The notes beneath the pieces are model-generated. The model was not told where the DNA came from. It was given only the letters and a program-made list of their open reading frames with translations, and did no database searches. Made by a program: the position numbers and the translations under genes. 64,000 nt of DNA from the human T2T-CHM13v2.0 reference genome, Homo sapiens, in assembly GCF_009914755.1 (NCBI RefSeq), contig NC_060942.1. One strand, written 5' to 3'. Position 1 is the stretch's first letter, and each line of letters starts with the position of its first letter. Shown piece by piece: positions 1 to 12,814 of this stretch.

Positions 1-599
1 TCCTATCTTCGTTGCAGCGTTCTTCACAATAGTCAAGATATGGAAACAATGTACATGTCTATTGATGGATTAATAGATAAAGAAATTGTGGTATATGTAT
101 ACAGGGAAATGTCATTCTGCCTTAAAAATGGAGTTGCTGTAATTTACAGCAATATGGATGAACCTGGAAAACAGTAGCTAATTAAAATAAGCAAGATACA
201 GAAAGAAAAATACTTTATGACCTCACTTATATATGTAATCTAAGAAAGTTGAATACAAAGAAACAGAGAGTAGAACAGTAGATACAAGAGGCAAAGATTG
301 GGAGGAAATGGAAAGATGTAGGTCAAAATGTGTAAACTTGCAGTTATGTAGGATGACTAAATCTAGAGATCTCATGTACTGCGGAGGGACTGTAGTAAAT
401 AACATTGTATTGCATATTGGTAACTTGCTAAAAGAACACATTTTAGATGCACTTACAGGACACACACAAAAGACATAACTACGAAAGTTGATGGATATAT
501 TAAGTGCTTACCTATGGTAATTATTCTACTATGTCTGTTTATATCAAAACATCTTATACACCTTAAATACACATAATAAACATAAATTGAAAAAAAAAT
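1..599 (+). mobile_element. LINE-1 3' end (old L1MA-type): ORF2 C-terminus remnant, 3' UTR and poly(A)
   Basis: ttcacaatagtcaagatatggaaacaa...atggatgaacctgga (ORF2 end); L1MA-like 3' UTR ctagagatctcatgtac...; AATAAA and A-run at about 576-598. Confidence 0.85.
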
Positions 600-959
600 A
601 GGCAACCTGAAACTTTGAGTCCCTTAACATTATTTAAATTCTGTTATTGTAACTTATAGTTATCACGGAAAATATGTTAAGTGGAGATCTTATGTTAACA
701 AATTCTGATAATTTAAACCCCAAAATTGTATCTCTCCATTTCTTCATCTCTCAATGAGAATCATTATCTAAACTACATATTGAACATGGTATATATTAGG
801 ACTCTATAAGATGGCACAATGACTATTTAAGGTTGTAATTTGTTTTCCATTATCTTATCCTTGTTGGGGAGTAGATTTTTGTGGCTTGAAAATGTATCTT
901 TCGATCTATATGTGCATATAACATGCATAGTGTTCCTTAAAGAACCCAGACCACCTACC

Positions 960-1090
960 TCCTTTGTATGCCTCTTTCCTTCCTTCCTCCCTCCCCATCC
1001 CCCCACCTTTTTTTTTGTTCCCTCTTTTTCTTTCTCTCTCTTTCCTTTCATTTTTTTTCTCATTTTTTCTTCCTCTCCTTTTCTTCTTAT
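960..1090. repeat. Pyrimidine-rich low-complexity tract
   Basis: almost pure C/T sequence. Confidence 0.8.
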
Positions 1091-2369
1091 TAAAAAAAAT
1101 GTTCAGTAGTTTAGACTGCAGCTAAGTTAAGCATGGGCTAAACCATACTTTATCTTGAACATGGGCATTTTGAAAAAATGTTTGTAAGGCAGAATATTTG
1201 CTTAAAAGAACAAACACTTTTTGAAAACTCTAGAAATAGCCATTTCCATACCAAAAATACACAGTGGAAAAGTACAAATGGTACTTTGTTGTGCTCATTA
1301 AGAATCATTTGTACTGCTTTTTAATGCAAAAACTAGGCTAAGATAATGTAGTATGTTCTAAGTTACGAAACCAAGAACCATAGAACTTGCTCCATAATTT
1401 ACTGATTGCAAGGTCTAAGGGCAGTCACAACCAGCAATTTTCATTTCTCAAATAAGGCACCCAGAGTTGAATATATATCCTTTTATATCCCTTTATATCC
1501 CATGATACAGAAACATCTATAACATAAACTGTGCTTAATCCCCTTCATGAGCATATCAAATTTAAGAATTCTGTGGTTAGGATTTACTTTTGTTTTTCAA
1601 CAAATAGCAAATTATACATTTTTTTAACTAAGCATTTTTATTTGCCTACATCTGCCTCAATTATTCTTCTGTTTAAAAGAGTATTTTCTTTTTTATGCTA
1701 ATATATGTATGTGCAATTCTTTAGAATGAATATGCTCATTTGATTGTTATACTGGTTTAAAAAAGTTTATATTTCTAGCAACTGTGTACCTTAGAGACAA
1801 CCTGTATTCCCAAAAGAGTTTGCCTATCTAGTGACCATCATTTCAAATGGAGATACATTTACTCTTTCAGTCTTGCCAAGCTGGGAGCCTCCCTGAATTC
1901 AGGGAAAATAGCCTAGGGCTCCATGGCATAAAGATGACGATGAGGCAGCACAGCCATACAGGACACAAGCAAGAATTCTGCCATTTTTATTTGGACCTTC
2001 CTTTAGGTTGATTTAGCTTCATCTGTCCTCTCCATATTCTTTATTACCCTGGCTTAGTGATATATTGGCCTACCACAAAATAGCCATGCATTTCTCTGTT
2101 CCTTTGTGAATTTAAAAATCTTGTCCTCTTCTGATACTAATTGCAGTGTTAGCCTATTTGTGAAGCTTTATAAAAATCCCATCTAATATCAAGTTAATAA
2201 TACATCGTGGGGCTTTCATATATTGGATATAGCAGCAGCTCCCCCTACAGATGTGGAACCAGAAATAACAGACTTTGTTCTGGTTACCTACAGATGAGAA
2301 ATAAGTAATAGTACTGGGTTTTTGGCTAATTCACAGTGTATGATGGAGGTAAGAGAGGATATTATTGTT

Positions 2370-3130
2370 TGTTTTAACTTTTCATTTTGAAATCTTAGAC
2401 TCACAGATGAGTTGCAAAAATAGTACAGAGGTTCACCATATACCTTTACCCAGCCTCTCCTAATGTTAACATAACCATGGTACAATGGCAAACCGAAGAA
2501 ATAAACATTGGCACAATACTGTTATTTTACTATAGGCTTTATTTGGATTTCACTAGATTTTTCAATCCTTAGATATTCAATCCTTTATATTCCAGGATTG
2601 AAACCACAATACTAAATTGCATTTAGTTGCTGTGACTTTGTAGACTCCTCCAATCTGTGACAGTTCCTCCATCTTTCCTATTTTTATTACCTTGACGCCC
2701 TTGAAGAGTATTAGTCAAGTATTTTGTTGAATGTTTCCTATTTTTTGTTTGTCTGATGCTTTATCATGATTCATGGAGGATATGGATTTTTTTTGAAGAA
2801 TATCACATAATTGAAGTACCCTTCTCATCACATCATATCATTGGGAACAAGGTATCATCATGATTTATGGATGGTGATACTAACTTTGAAGCTTGGTTGA
2901 AGTGATATCTATAAGTTCTATCCACTGTAAAGTTATTAATTTTTCTCTTTGTATACACAATTTGTAGTAAATGGATCACTACATTCAGCCCACACTCAAG
3001 AGGTGGTGGGATTAAGCTGAATTACACTCTATCTTTTGGAAAAAAAGGAGTATTCAAAAATTTGGAGACATATGTTAAAAACACTATAGTAATTAATAGA
3101 TATTTGGGAGAGATAATTGAGGCTATGATG
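2370..3130 (-). mobile_element. Old LINE-1 3' UTR fragment (L1MC/L1ME-like)
   Basis: ttttgaaatcttagactcacagatgagttgcaaaaatagtacagag...acattggcacaatact resembles the antisense L1MC4/5 3' end. Confidence 0.7.
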
Positions 3131-6100
3131 AATATCATTTTACTCCTTAAAGTATCCAGTGCCACCAAAGTCAATCTTGGAGGTGTACAACATCCCTAAA
3201 CCAGAAGGACATAAACTGATCGATTATTTCCCTTTCATTTTCAATTTTTTTTGGAGTTGACTATCCTTTTCTTTTTCTCTGCTTTAAATGTTGTACAGTG
3301 CCTTTAATAATTTTATAATATATTTCATTCTAATTTTTATAATTTTTAACTGTGGCAGTGTTCATGTGTCTGCTTTGCTGCCATTTCTAGAAGTATTAAG
3401 GCTTAATTTTATTGATTTGCTTGATTCCATTCATAATGATGACATTCAATTCTAAAAAAGTTAGTGTAAATATATTCAATATAATATGTTTACTAAGGTA
3501 AAGAATGAACTTATATATAAATAATTAAACATGTTTCAGTGATGACAAATTGAGTTATTCCTAACACACTATTTCTTGGACATTTCAGGTAAATATTTAG
3601 TAGTTCTATTGTTTTTCCTAGTTTTTATCAATATTATACTAAACCTGCCAATTCAGTGAAAACTTACTTACATTTGTGATTATAAGCAACATATTGGTAT
3701 TCTTAGCTTTTGTTTTGAACTTGTAGCCACCTCTTTGAGTATCAAATGCATTCAGTCTAGTCTCACCATCAAGAATGCTCAGTGCTCATTTGCTTTCCAG
3801 TATGATGTAATTATTTTCAGCTCTCACTGTTGGAGTGAATTACAAAAGTGACCACTGTAGACAGATGACCTAGCAATGGGTTTGCAGAGGTTGACATGAT
3901 TCTGTGGTTGAAACAGCTGAAATTATCAGATTGCAAAGCAATGTGCTTATGTAGTTTTGGCTTCCTTTACAAACAACTAAATCATATCATAGGCACAGTG
4001 ATCCAGCTGATTGGTGTGTAACAATGATGAATTCCTGCTCACTGGTGTGTCTGTGAGTCTGTGTGTGCTAGTTCTCAGGAATATGCATGGGTTGGGGCAG
4101 GAGGGGGTAAGGCTTAAAGACAGACAATTCAAGGACTAGAAGAGAAAAGGGGTGAAGGAATAGTGGAGAAAGAGTAGAATCAAGCTAGTCAAAAAAACCC
4201 AGAACTGAATAATAACATAAGCCAGCAAGTGTGGGGAATATAAAAACAGAAGCCAGAAGCTTCTTTGTTTCAAAGAGCAATTCTCAGGTAACCAATCTGT
4301 GTAGCCCTTGCATGACTTACAGCAGCCATTTTTAAATTTGGTAATATTACTCCCAGCGTTCTTAGAGGAGACTGGGAGCCAAACAGGGTTCTTGGGACCA
4401 TCTCCTTGTTCAAGCAAAAGAGCTTTATATTCATGTTTTGCGTGGTTGACATCTGAGTAAGAAGGCTTTGAATAAAGAATTCCTTTAATTTTTTTTTTAA
4501 ATTCACAATTCTGGGCTCCTAAAAGACAAAAATTGCAGGTAACAAAACTTTAAAAAGATGAATCATAGACAAAAATAGCTAACTTAAACCCATAGTTGTA
4601 ATACTATAAGAGAAACCTTGTATATTCGCAATAAATACAAGATGATAATAAAGCAGTTTATCTTCAACTCCAGGTTTCACATTTCATAGCTTTATCAAAT
4701 TGTTATTAAACATTATTTTATGAAAACTTAAGGAGTTAGCTGCTGCTTCGTGAAATGACTAGTTGTTTTATTCTTTTTTTAATTTTCAGCTGAAAAGTAA
4801 TATTTTAAGAGACAGTAATTTACTGCATACACTCACTGTACTATGGAGAATATTAGGGGGATTCTTCACAATAGTCACTGGCCTTAGCAAGCCTAGAATG
4901 CAGCTAAGGAAATAAAATTTATGTTATACAAAAAAATTGAACAAAATTACATTATATTTCATTTCCAAGATAAGCGAGTAGTAAGGGCAGGGACCAGTTA
5001 TGTAAATTCAAATATTTCAGTGGTTTTGAAAGACTATGAAGCCTAATGGAGAAGGTGAGATTTTGATTAATTCTGGATTGCAGGCTGAAAAGATAATGAG
5101 AGAATAAGTGTTGATATATTCAAACACTAATTTACATTGTCTTGTAATTTTAGAACTTCTTTTCATATATATAGTATGACGTTTCTTAAATGAAGGCCAT
5201 ACTTTCAGGAGGATTTTTGTTGACATATCTATATTAGATTTCACTAATATCATCTGACTTGTGAGAAAGAGTTTTTAAAAAATGACAACCATATTTTCCC
5301 CTCAAATTACAGATCATCTGTGTGTTCCTAGATGACAAGATAGAATTGTATAAATAATAATTTTATAACAACTATTGTAAGAATAATTTTTGTTCGAGGT
5401 ACCAAATTCAGGAAAGGAAGCTTCAGTATCAAATAGCCCAATTGCATGAGTTTATATGTCAAGGCTTCATTTATTCCTAATGGGGCCATCAACACTTTTT
5501 GTGATCTCAGTAATTAGGAAACCAGTTTGATTCCTCTGATTATGGACTTCCTAAAATCTGGCTGCTAAGTCATAAAGGAAATAGAATGATGCTTTGGAGA
5601 ACTAATGACTGCCCATGTGTGCTGAGTCAGTCTTGAATTTTATGAGAGGCTATGCTGACTTATGCAGGACTGTTTTGTGTCTCTGAGATGATCTATTCTA
5701 ACATGTTGATTGCTTCTTCTTGGGTATTATTTTCCCTATGGAGACATGTACCATTTATGCAATTTTGTGAAATTAATTCTATATGGTAGAACAGAGAAAA
5801 CATAGATGGACAACAGTGGAAATTCTAAAGTGAAACAACATGTGTGAGACTTACATTAAACAAAAAGTACAGAAGTAAAAAGATTTCTATGTTATTTTGG
5901 TAAAGGATGGAGACTGGTGACCCTATTATTGACGTCATTGGTGTAATCATGTTCATTGGATGAAAGCAGAATGGCCTGAGGCCTCTTCTTAGAAATAGGA
6001 TTTTTTCTCATTCATTACCCCTCTTCCTGCCTCCACCTTCAATTTTGTCTATGTCTTCCTCAATAAATGCCATAGAGCAGTGAAAACAAGAGAAGTGAAT

Positions 6101-6716
6101 AAGATAAGCCAAAACAGCAAAGTAACATGAATCACCATGATGGAGTTCATTAATTAGAAATTGAAATTAAAGACAACAACCTGTGAAAAATTGCACCTCT
6201 TGAGGTTGTTCTAGGACATCGTCTGTTCTAATTTTGGAAGTTAATTTGACAGAAATGTTTAAAGTATAGAATGGTATGTAAGAGAAATATGATGACCCAG
6301 AATAAAAATCACAGTGGGAGAAAAAGAAGCTTTATATCATTTTCCTTTCTTGTGTATGCTTTGATTAGACAAGAACCAGAAAGCCATATTTGGAATGCTG
6401 CTGAAGTTCTTTGTGTATGAAAAGCTAAAAAAGATTGCCTGTTCATCGTTCCACCTAAGAGGCATGTGTGGATATTCAGCCAATTTTTAATTATGAGGGT
6501 TTTACTTCTGTATCAGCTTTTCTGAATTACAAGATTATCTGATGAACAAGTAATAAAAAACAAGTTGGGGATGGGAGGGAGGGCAAAATGAAGAGCAGGC
6601 AGGAGAATGATCTTAATTGCTAAGTGCATATGAAACAATATGTGGTCAGTTCAAATAAATGCAAACCCATTTAACTGGAGTTCAATTATCTAGAAATTTA
6701 AATAAATTGAAATCCA

Positions 6717-7360
6717 TTTTTTTATTTTGTTTTTAGTTGAAATCAAATAATTATACATTCTATGGGGTATATTGTGATGTTTCAATACGTGTATGCAATA
6801 TGTAAAAGTCAAATTATGGTATTAAGCACATCTATCACCTCATACATTTCTCATTTTTTTTGTTATAAGAACATTTCAAAACTTCTCTTCTAGCTATTTT
6901 AAAATATACAATAAATATCATTATCCGTAGTCACCCTACTGTGCAATAGAACACAATAACTTATTCCTCCTGTCTAGCCACAGCTTTGTATCCATTAACC
7001 GACTTCCTTCTGTCCTCTACTCGTTGCTCCTTAGCCTCTGGTTACCACCATTCTACTCCACTTTTATGAAAGTGACTTTTTTAGAGATCAAGAGTGAGAT
7101 TACCCGGTATTTGTCTTTCTGTGCCTGGCTTCTGTTACTTAATATATTGTCCTCCAGGTCCATCCATATTGCTGCAAATAACAGGATTTCATTCTTTTTC
7201 ACGGCAGTACAGTACTCTATTCTGTCTATATACCACATTTCTTTATCCATCATCCATTGATGGACACTTAGATTGATTCTCTATTTTGGATATTATGCAG
7301 TAAATGTGAAAATGTGGACATCTTTTTGATATAATTATTTTATTTCCTTTGGATAAACAT
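6717..7360 (-). mobile_element. LINE-1 3' end (L1MA-type)
   Basis: T-rich tail, antisense L1MA 3' UTR; minus ORF 7053-7253 gives degenerate ORF2 C-terminus (KEMWYI..EYCTAVKKNEILLFAAIWMDLEDNILS). Confidence 0.9.
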
Positions 7361-7388
7361 CCTGAACATCCTGTTTCTGCTGTGGTCC

Positions 7389-7634
7389 TTTTTTTTTTTT
7401 TTTTAGACAGAGTCTTGCTCTGTTGCCCAGGCTGGAGTGCAGCGGTGGTGCAATCTTGGCTCACTGCAACCTCCACCTCCCATTTAAATGATTGTCCTGC
7501 ATCAGCTTGTATTTTTAGTAGAGATGGGTTTTCACCATGTTGGCCAGGCTGGTCTGAAACTTCTGACCTCAAGTGACCTACCCACCTTGGCATTCCAAAG
7601 TGCTGAGATTACAGGCGTGAGCCACCATGCCTGG
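7389..7634 (-). mobile_element. AluS with an internal deletion of about 50 bp
   Basis: poly-T then gacagagtcttgctctgttgcccaggctggagtgc; atcagc joined directly to ttgtatttttagtagaga; ends ccatgcctgg. Confidence 0.95.
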
Positions 7635-7747
7635 TATCTTTTTTTAGCCATGTTTTTTCATGAAACCAGGTGACTCTGTCCTTCAGTGATAGAGGTCATA
7701 TGTGCACACAGCAGCTATTTGAATGTGAGTTATCTTGGGTTAAGCTA

Positions 7748-8294
7748 TGTTAAGAACTGTGAAGCATCTGAGACTTTACCTTACTTATAAGTTAACAATG
7801 TTGCCTGTCACTATTATTTGGATGTTGGCAAGAGACATGATACTCCTGGATCAAAGGTACATAACCTGGTTTTTCAAGGTGATAGCCGTAGTCAGAATAT
7901 CAGCATTTTCTCGTGCTGGTTCTATGAGCCCCAGTTCACAGGACATCAAAAAGACATAAGGTGACACCTATACTTGCATTAGGTAGCATTACAGTAGAGA
8001 AACAGCTTAGGGAACCCATACCTTTTTTAACAGGCAGTAAGTATGTCTGCCTTTCATCCCATAGAGAGACATTATATTTATTGTACTGGGCAATTTGGAT
8101 TTGAACAAGACACTATATTTTCCAAGGCATGAAAGAAACCTGTCCTTTGCTTTAAAGGGAGACACTATCTCCATTTTCTAAGGTTGTCTGCTCTACAAAT
8201 ATCTTTGAAGAGATCATCTGGAAAAAAGACATGATACTTCTGCTCATAAAATTTGCAAAAACTTGAGAGACTTATAGACAACTGCCTCTTAACA
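7748..8294 (-). mobile_element. Solo LTR, ERVL class (MER54/MER73/MER74-like)
   Basis: TG...CA ends; ctgagactttaccttacttataagttaacaa...gatgttggcaagagacatgatactcctgg and terminal gagagacttatagacaactgcctcttaaca resemble this LTR group; family from memory. Confidence 0.6.
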
Positions 8295-9267
8295 TACCAG
8301 TGAAGAACTCTAATTATGTGTTCTTTGTTGTCCTGGAAGAAAAATGACAACTACCACAGTTTTATATGTAAAATTGACAGAGGCCAGAGAGAAACACAAG
8401 TGATAAGAGAGATTTCATCCTTCTCTAAGTCACAGAAATAGAAAGCAACTGAACTTCAAACTCCAATGACTTTGCTCCATCCAGGTTGCTTTTTTCTAAA
8501 CGTGTGTCTTCCTAAGTATAATCCTGCTATAGCTAAGTTGAATGGAGTGCCTGTCGCTTTCTCAGTGGTTCCTCTAATGTGCTATATGAACTTGAAACTG
8601 GTAGTTTCTTCCTCTCTGCCTTGTTTTTTTAAGCTAGAGAATGGTAGCAATTGCATGTATCTTACACCGTAACAGCACTGTGATGAGAATTAGATCGGGT
8701 AATAGGTACGAGAGTGTTCAGACCAGTATCAATAACTCAGTACAAAAGCATAATCCTCCTTTCCATTTCACTCCATTGCCTCCAGGACACAGCTCCAAAT
8801 CTCATCTGGCAGTACTGACATCCCTTGATCTGGCCACTCTCTCTCTCCTCAGAGGATTATCCCTCAACATTTTTCTTTTGTAGCATGCACTCCAATAAAT
8901 TGTTAAATCTGTCTTCTTTGATTTGAGACATTCCTCCTTTGAAATTTTATGTCTTCAAATAAGAACTCCAATGGCAGCCCCTCTATTGGGTATCCCTCTC
9001 TTCTCCCATAAGAAAGTATTTCTAGTCCTATGGGCCTTTGTACTAGCTTTATCTCATAATATCAATCACATCGTGTTGTCATTACACACTGTTACACCTT
9101 GTCTTTGAATAGATGCTGCCTCCAAGAAAATAACCTGAGAGATAAAATAGAAATTAATTAAATTAAAGTAAATAGATACTGCAAACTGTGTTCTCTCACT
9201 TAGGGTGTGTCTTTAATTCACACCCAATGCCATATGTTGCCCAGGTATGAAGCACTTTTTTTGTTGT

Positions 9268-9470
9268 TGTGGTTAAGAGAGCAGGATTTTTTGTTAGGTG
9301 CTCTTGGAATTTAATTCCAGGTGTGCCGTTTATTAATTGTGAAAGCTTGGGCAACTTCTTTCAATGTGCTAGGCCTCAGTTTTCTCATGGGCAAAGTAGG
9401 GTTATTATCTTTACCATGGGTTTTGGGAAGGAGTATTTGTAATACTGTTTAGCAAAACATAACTGTTAGA
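9268..9470 (+). mobile_element. MIR SINE fragment
   Basis: gtggttaagagagcagg...cttgggcaacttc...gcctcagttttctcat MIR core. Confidence 0.75.
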
Positions 9471-9521
9471 TAAAAGGTTAGTCTCTTTATACACCACCTT
9501 ATTGGGCTGTGAATGATTACA

Positions 9522-9868
<347 letters not shown>

Positions 9869-10658
9869 TAGGGATATTGGCCTGTAGTTTTCTGTTTTGT
9901 TGTGTGCCTGCCAAATTTTGGTATCAGAATGATACTGTTTTGATAGAATGAGTTGGAGGAATCCCTCCTCCTCGATTTTTTGGGAATAGCTTCAGTAAGA
10001 TTGGTATCAGCTCTTCTTTGTATGTTTGTCTGTTACAATTTGGCAGTGAACCCATCTTGTCATGGACTTTTTTTGATTGGTAGAGTTTTTCTTACTCATT
10101 CCATTTCATAACTCATTATTTTATTTGGCTGTCCAGGATTATAGTTTCTTCCCAGTTCAATGTTGGGAAGCTTTATGTTTCCAGATATTTATCCATTTCC
10201 TCTAGGTTTTCTCATTTCTGTGCACAAAGATATTCATAGTAGTCTATGAGAATCTTCTGTATTTCTGTGTATCAACTGTAATGCCACTTTTATCATTTCT
10301 GATTGTGCTTATTTAAATCTTCTCTTTTTTTTTCTTGGTTAGTCCAGTTAGTGGTCTATCAATATTGCTTATCCCTTCACAACTCCAACTTCCCTTGTAT
10401 TTTTTTTTAGGAGTCTCAATTTCATTTAGTTTGGCTCAGATCTTTGTTATTTATTTTCTTCTGCTAGCTTGAGGCTTGGTTTATTCTTATTTTTCTGGCT
10501 CCCTTAGATGTAATGTTAGGTTTTAATTTGAGATCTATCTTTTCGATGGAGGCATTTAGCCTTATAAACTTTCCTCTTAATACTACTTTTGCTGTAGCTC
10601 AGAGATTTTGACATGTTGTCTATCTTTGTTGCAAAAAATGTTTTGATTTCTTCCTTAA

Positions 10659-11049
<391 letters not shown>

Positions 11050-12453
11050 CTGTATGGTTTTAAGAGTTCTTCTTGGCATTGATTTCCAATTTTATTCCAC
11101 TGTGGTCCAAGAAGATGCTTTATATTATTTTGATTTTCTTGAACTTATTAAGACACACTTTATGACCAAGCATGTAATTAATTTTAGAAAATGGTTCATA
11201 CACAAATAAGAAAAATGTATATTTTGCAGTCATTGGGTAGAATGTTCTGTAGAAGTCTAGTAGGTTCATTTGGTCAAGAGTTAAATTTAAGTCCAGAGTT
11301 TGTTCGTTTTCTACATTGATGTGCTGTTTAGTGCTTTCAGTAGCATGTTGAAGTCCCCCACTATTATTGTCTGCCTGTCTGTCTCTTTTCTTTGTTCTCA
11401 CAGTTATTGTTTTGTAAATCTGGGTGCTTTCGTGGTGGGTGCATAAATATTTAGGATAGTTAAATCTTGTTAAATGGAACCCCTCACCATTACATAATGG
11501 CCTTCTTTCTCTTTCTCTCTCTCTCTTTTTTTAACTAATTTTTAAGTCTATTATATCTGATACTATAACAGCAATACCTGTAATTTTTGCTTTTCTGTTT
11601 GTGTGATAGATTTTTCTCCACCTCTTTCCTTTGAGCTCATGGGTGTCATTATATGCAGGATGAGTATCTTCAAGGTAGCAGATGATTAGGTCTTGTTTTT
11701 TCATCCAATTTGCCAATCTATCTTTTAAGTAAAGCATTTAGGCTGTTCATGTTTAAGGATAATATTAATATATGAGGTTTTGTTCCAGTCATAGTGTCGT
11801 TACCCAACTGCTTTGTAGTCTTGATTACATTATCACTTTACAGAATCTGTGAATTTTGTAGTTAAGTGTGCTTTTTGGTATCAAGTGTCATCCTTGCATT
11901 CCGTATTTAGAACTGTTTTGAGCATTTCCTATATGCTTGGTCTAGTGGTGATCAATTCCCTTAGCATTTGCTTTTATGGGAAATAATTTACTTTTCCTTC
12001 ATTTAGTTTGGCAGGGTATAAAAGTTTTGTTTGGTGTTTTATTTTTCTTTCAGAAGGCTGAAAATAAGCCTCCAAACTCTTCTAGCTTGCAAAGCTTCTG
12101 TAGAGAAATCCACTGTTAGTCAAATGTTTCCTTTATAGGTAATTTGGCTCTTCTCTGTAGCTGACTTGAAGATTTTTTTCTTTTACGTTGACCTTAGATA
12201 GTCTGATGATTATAGGTCTTGGTGAGAGTCACCTTGTGTAGTATCTCACACGGGATTTCTTTTATCTGCATGTTGACAACAGTAGCAAGATTAGGGAGTT
12301 GTTCCTGAATTGTTCCCTCAAATATATTTTCCAAGTGGTTTCTTTTTTATTCTTCTCTCTCAGGAATGCCATAGGGTTTGTTGCTTTACATAACCTTAGA
12401 GTCAGTTGCTTTACATAATCCCATATTTCTCAATGGCTTCATTCACTTTTTAA

Positions 12454-12814
<361 letters not shown>

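Noticed and set aside
1890-1905. Perfect 16-bp palindrome TCCCTGAATTCAGGGA
   Set aside because: About one such palindrome is expected by chance in 64 kb and nothing else supports it
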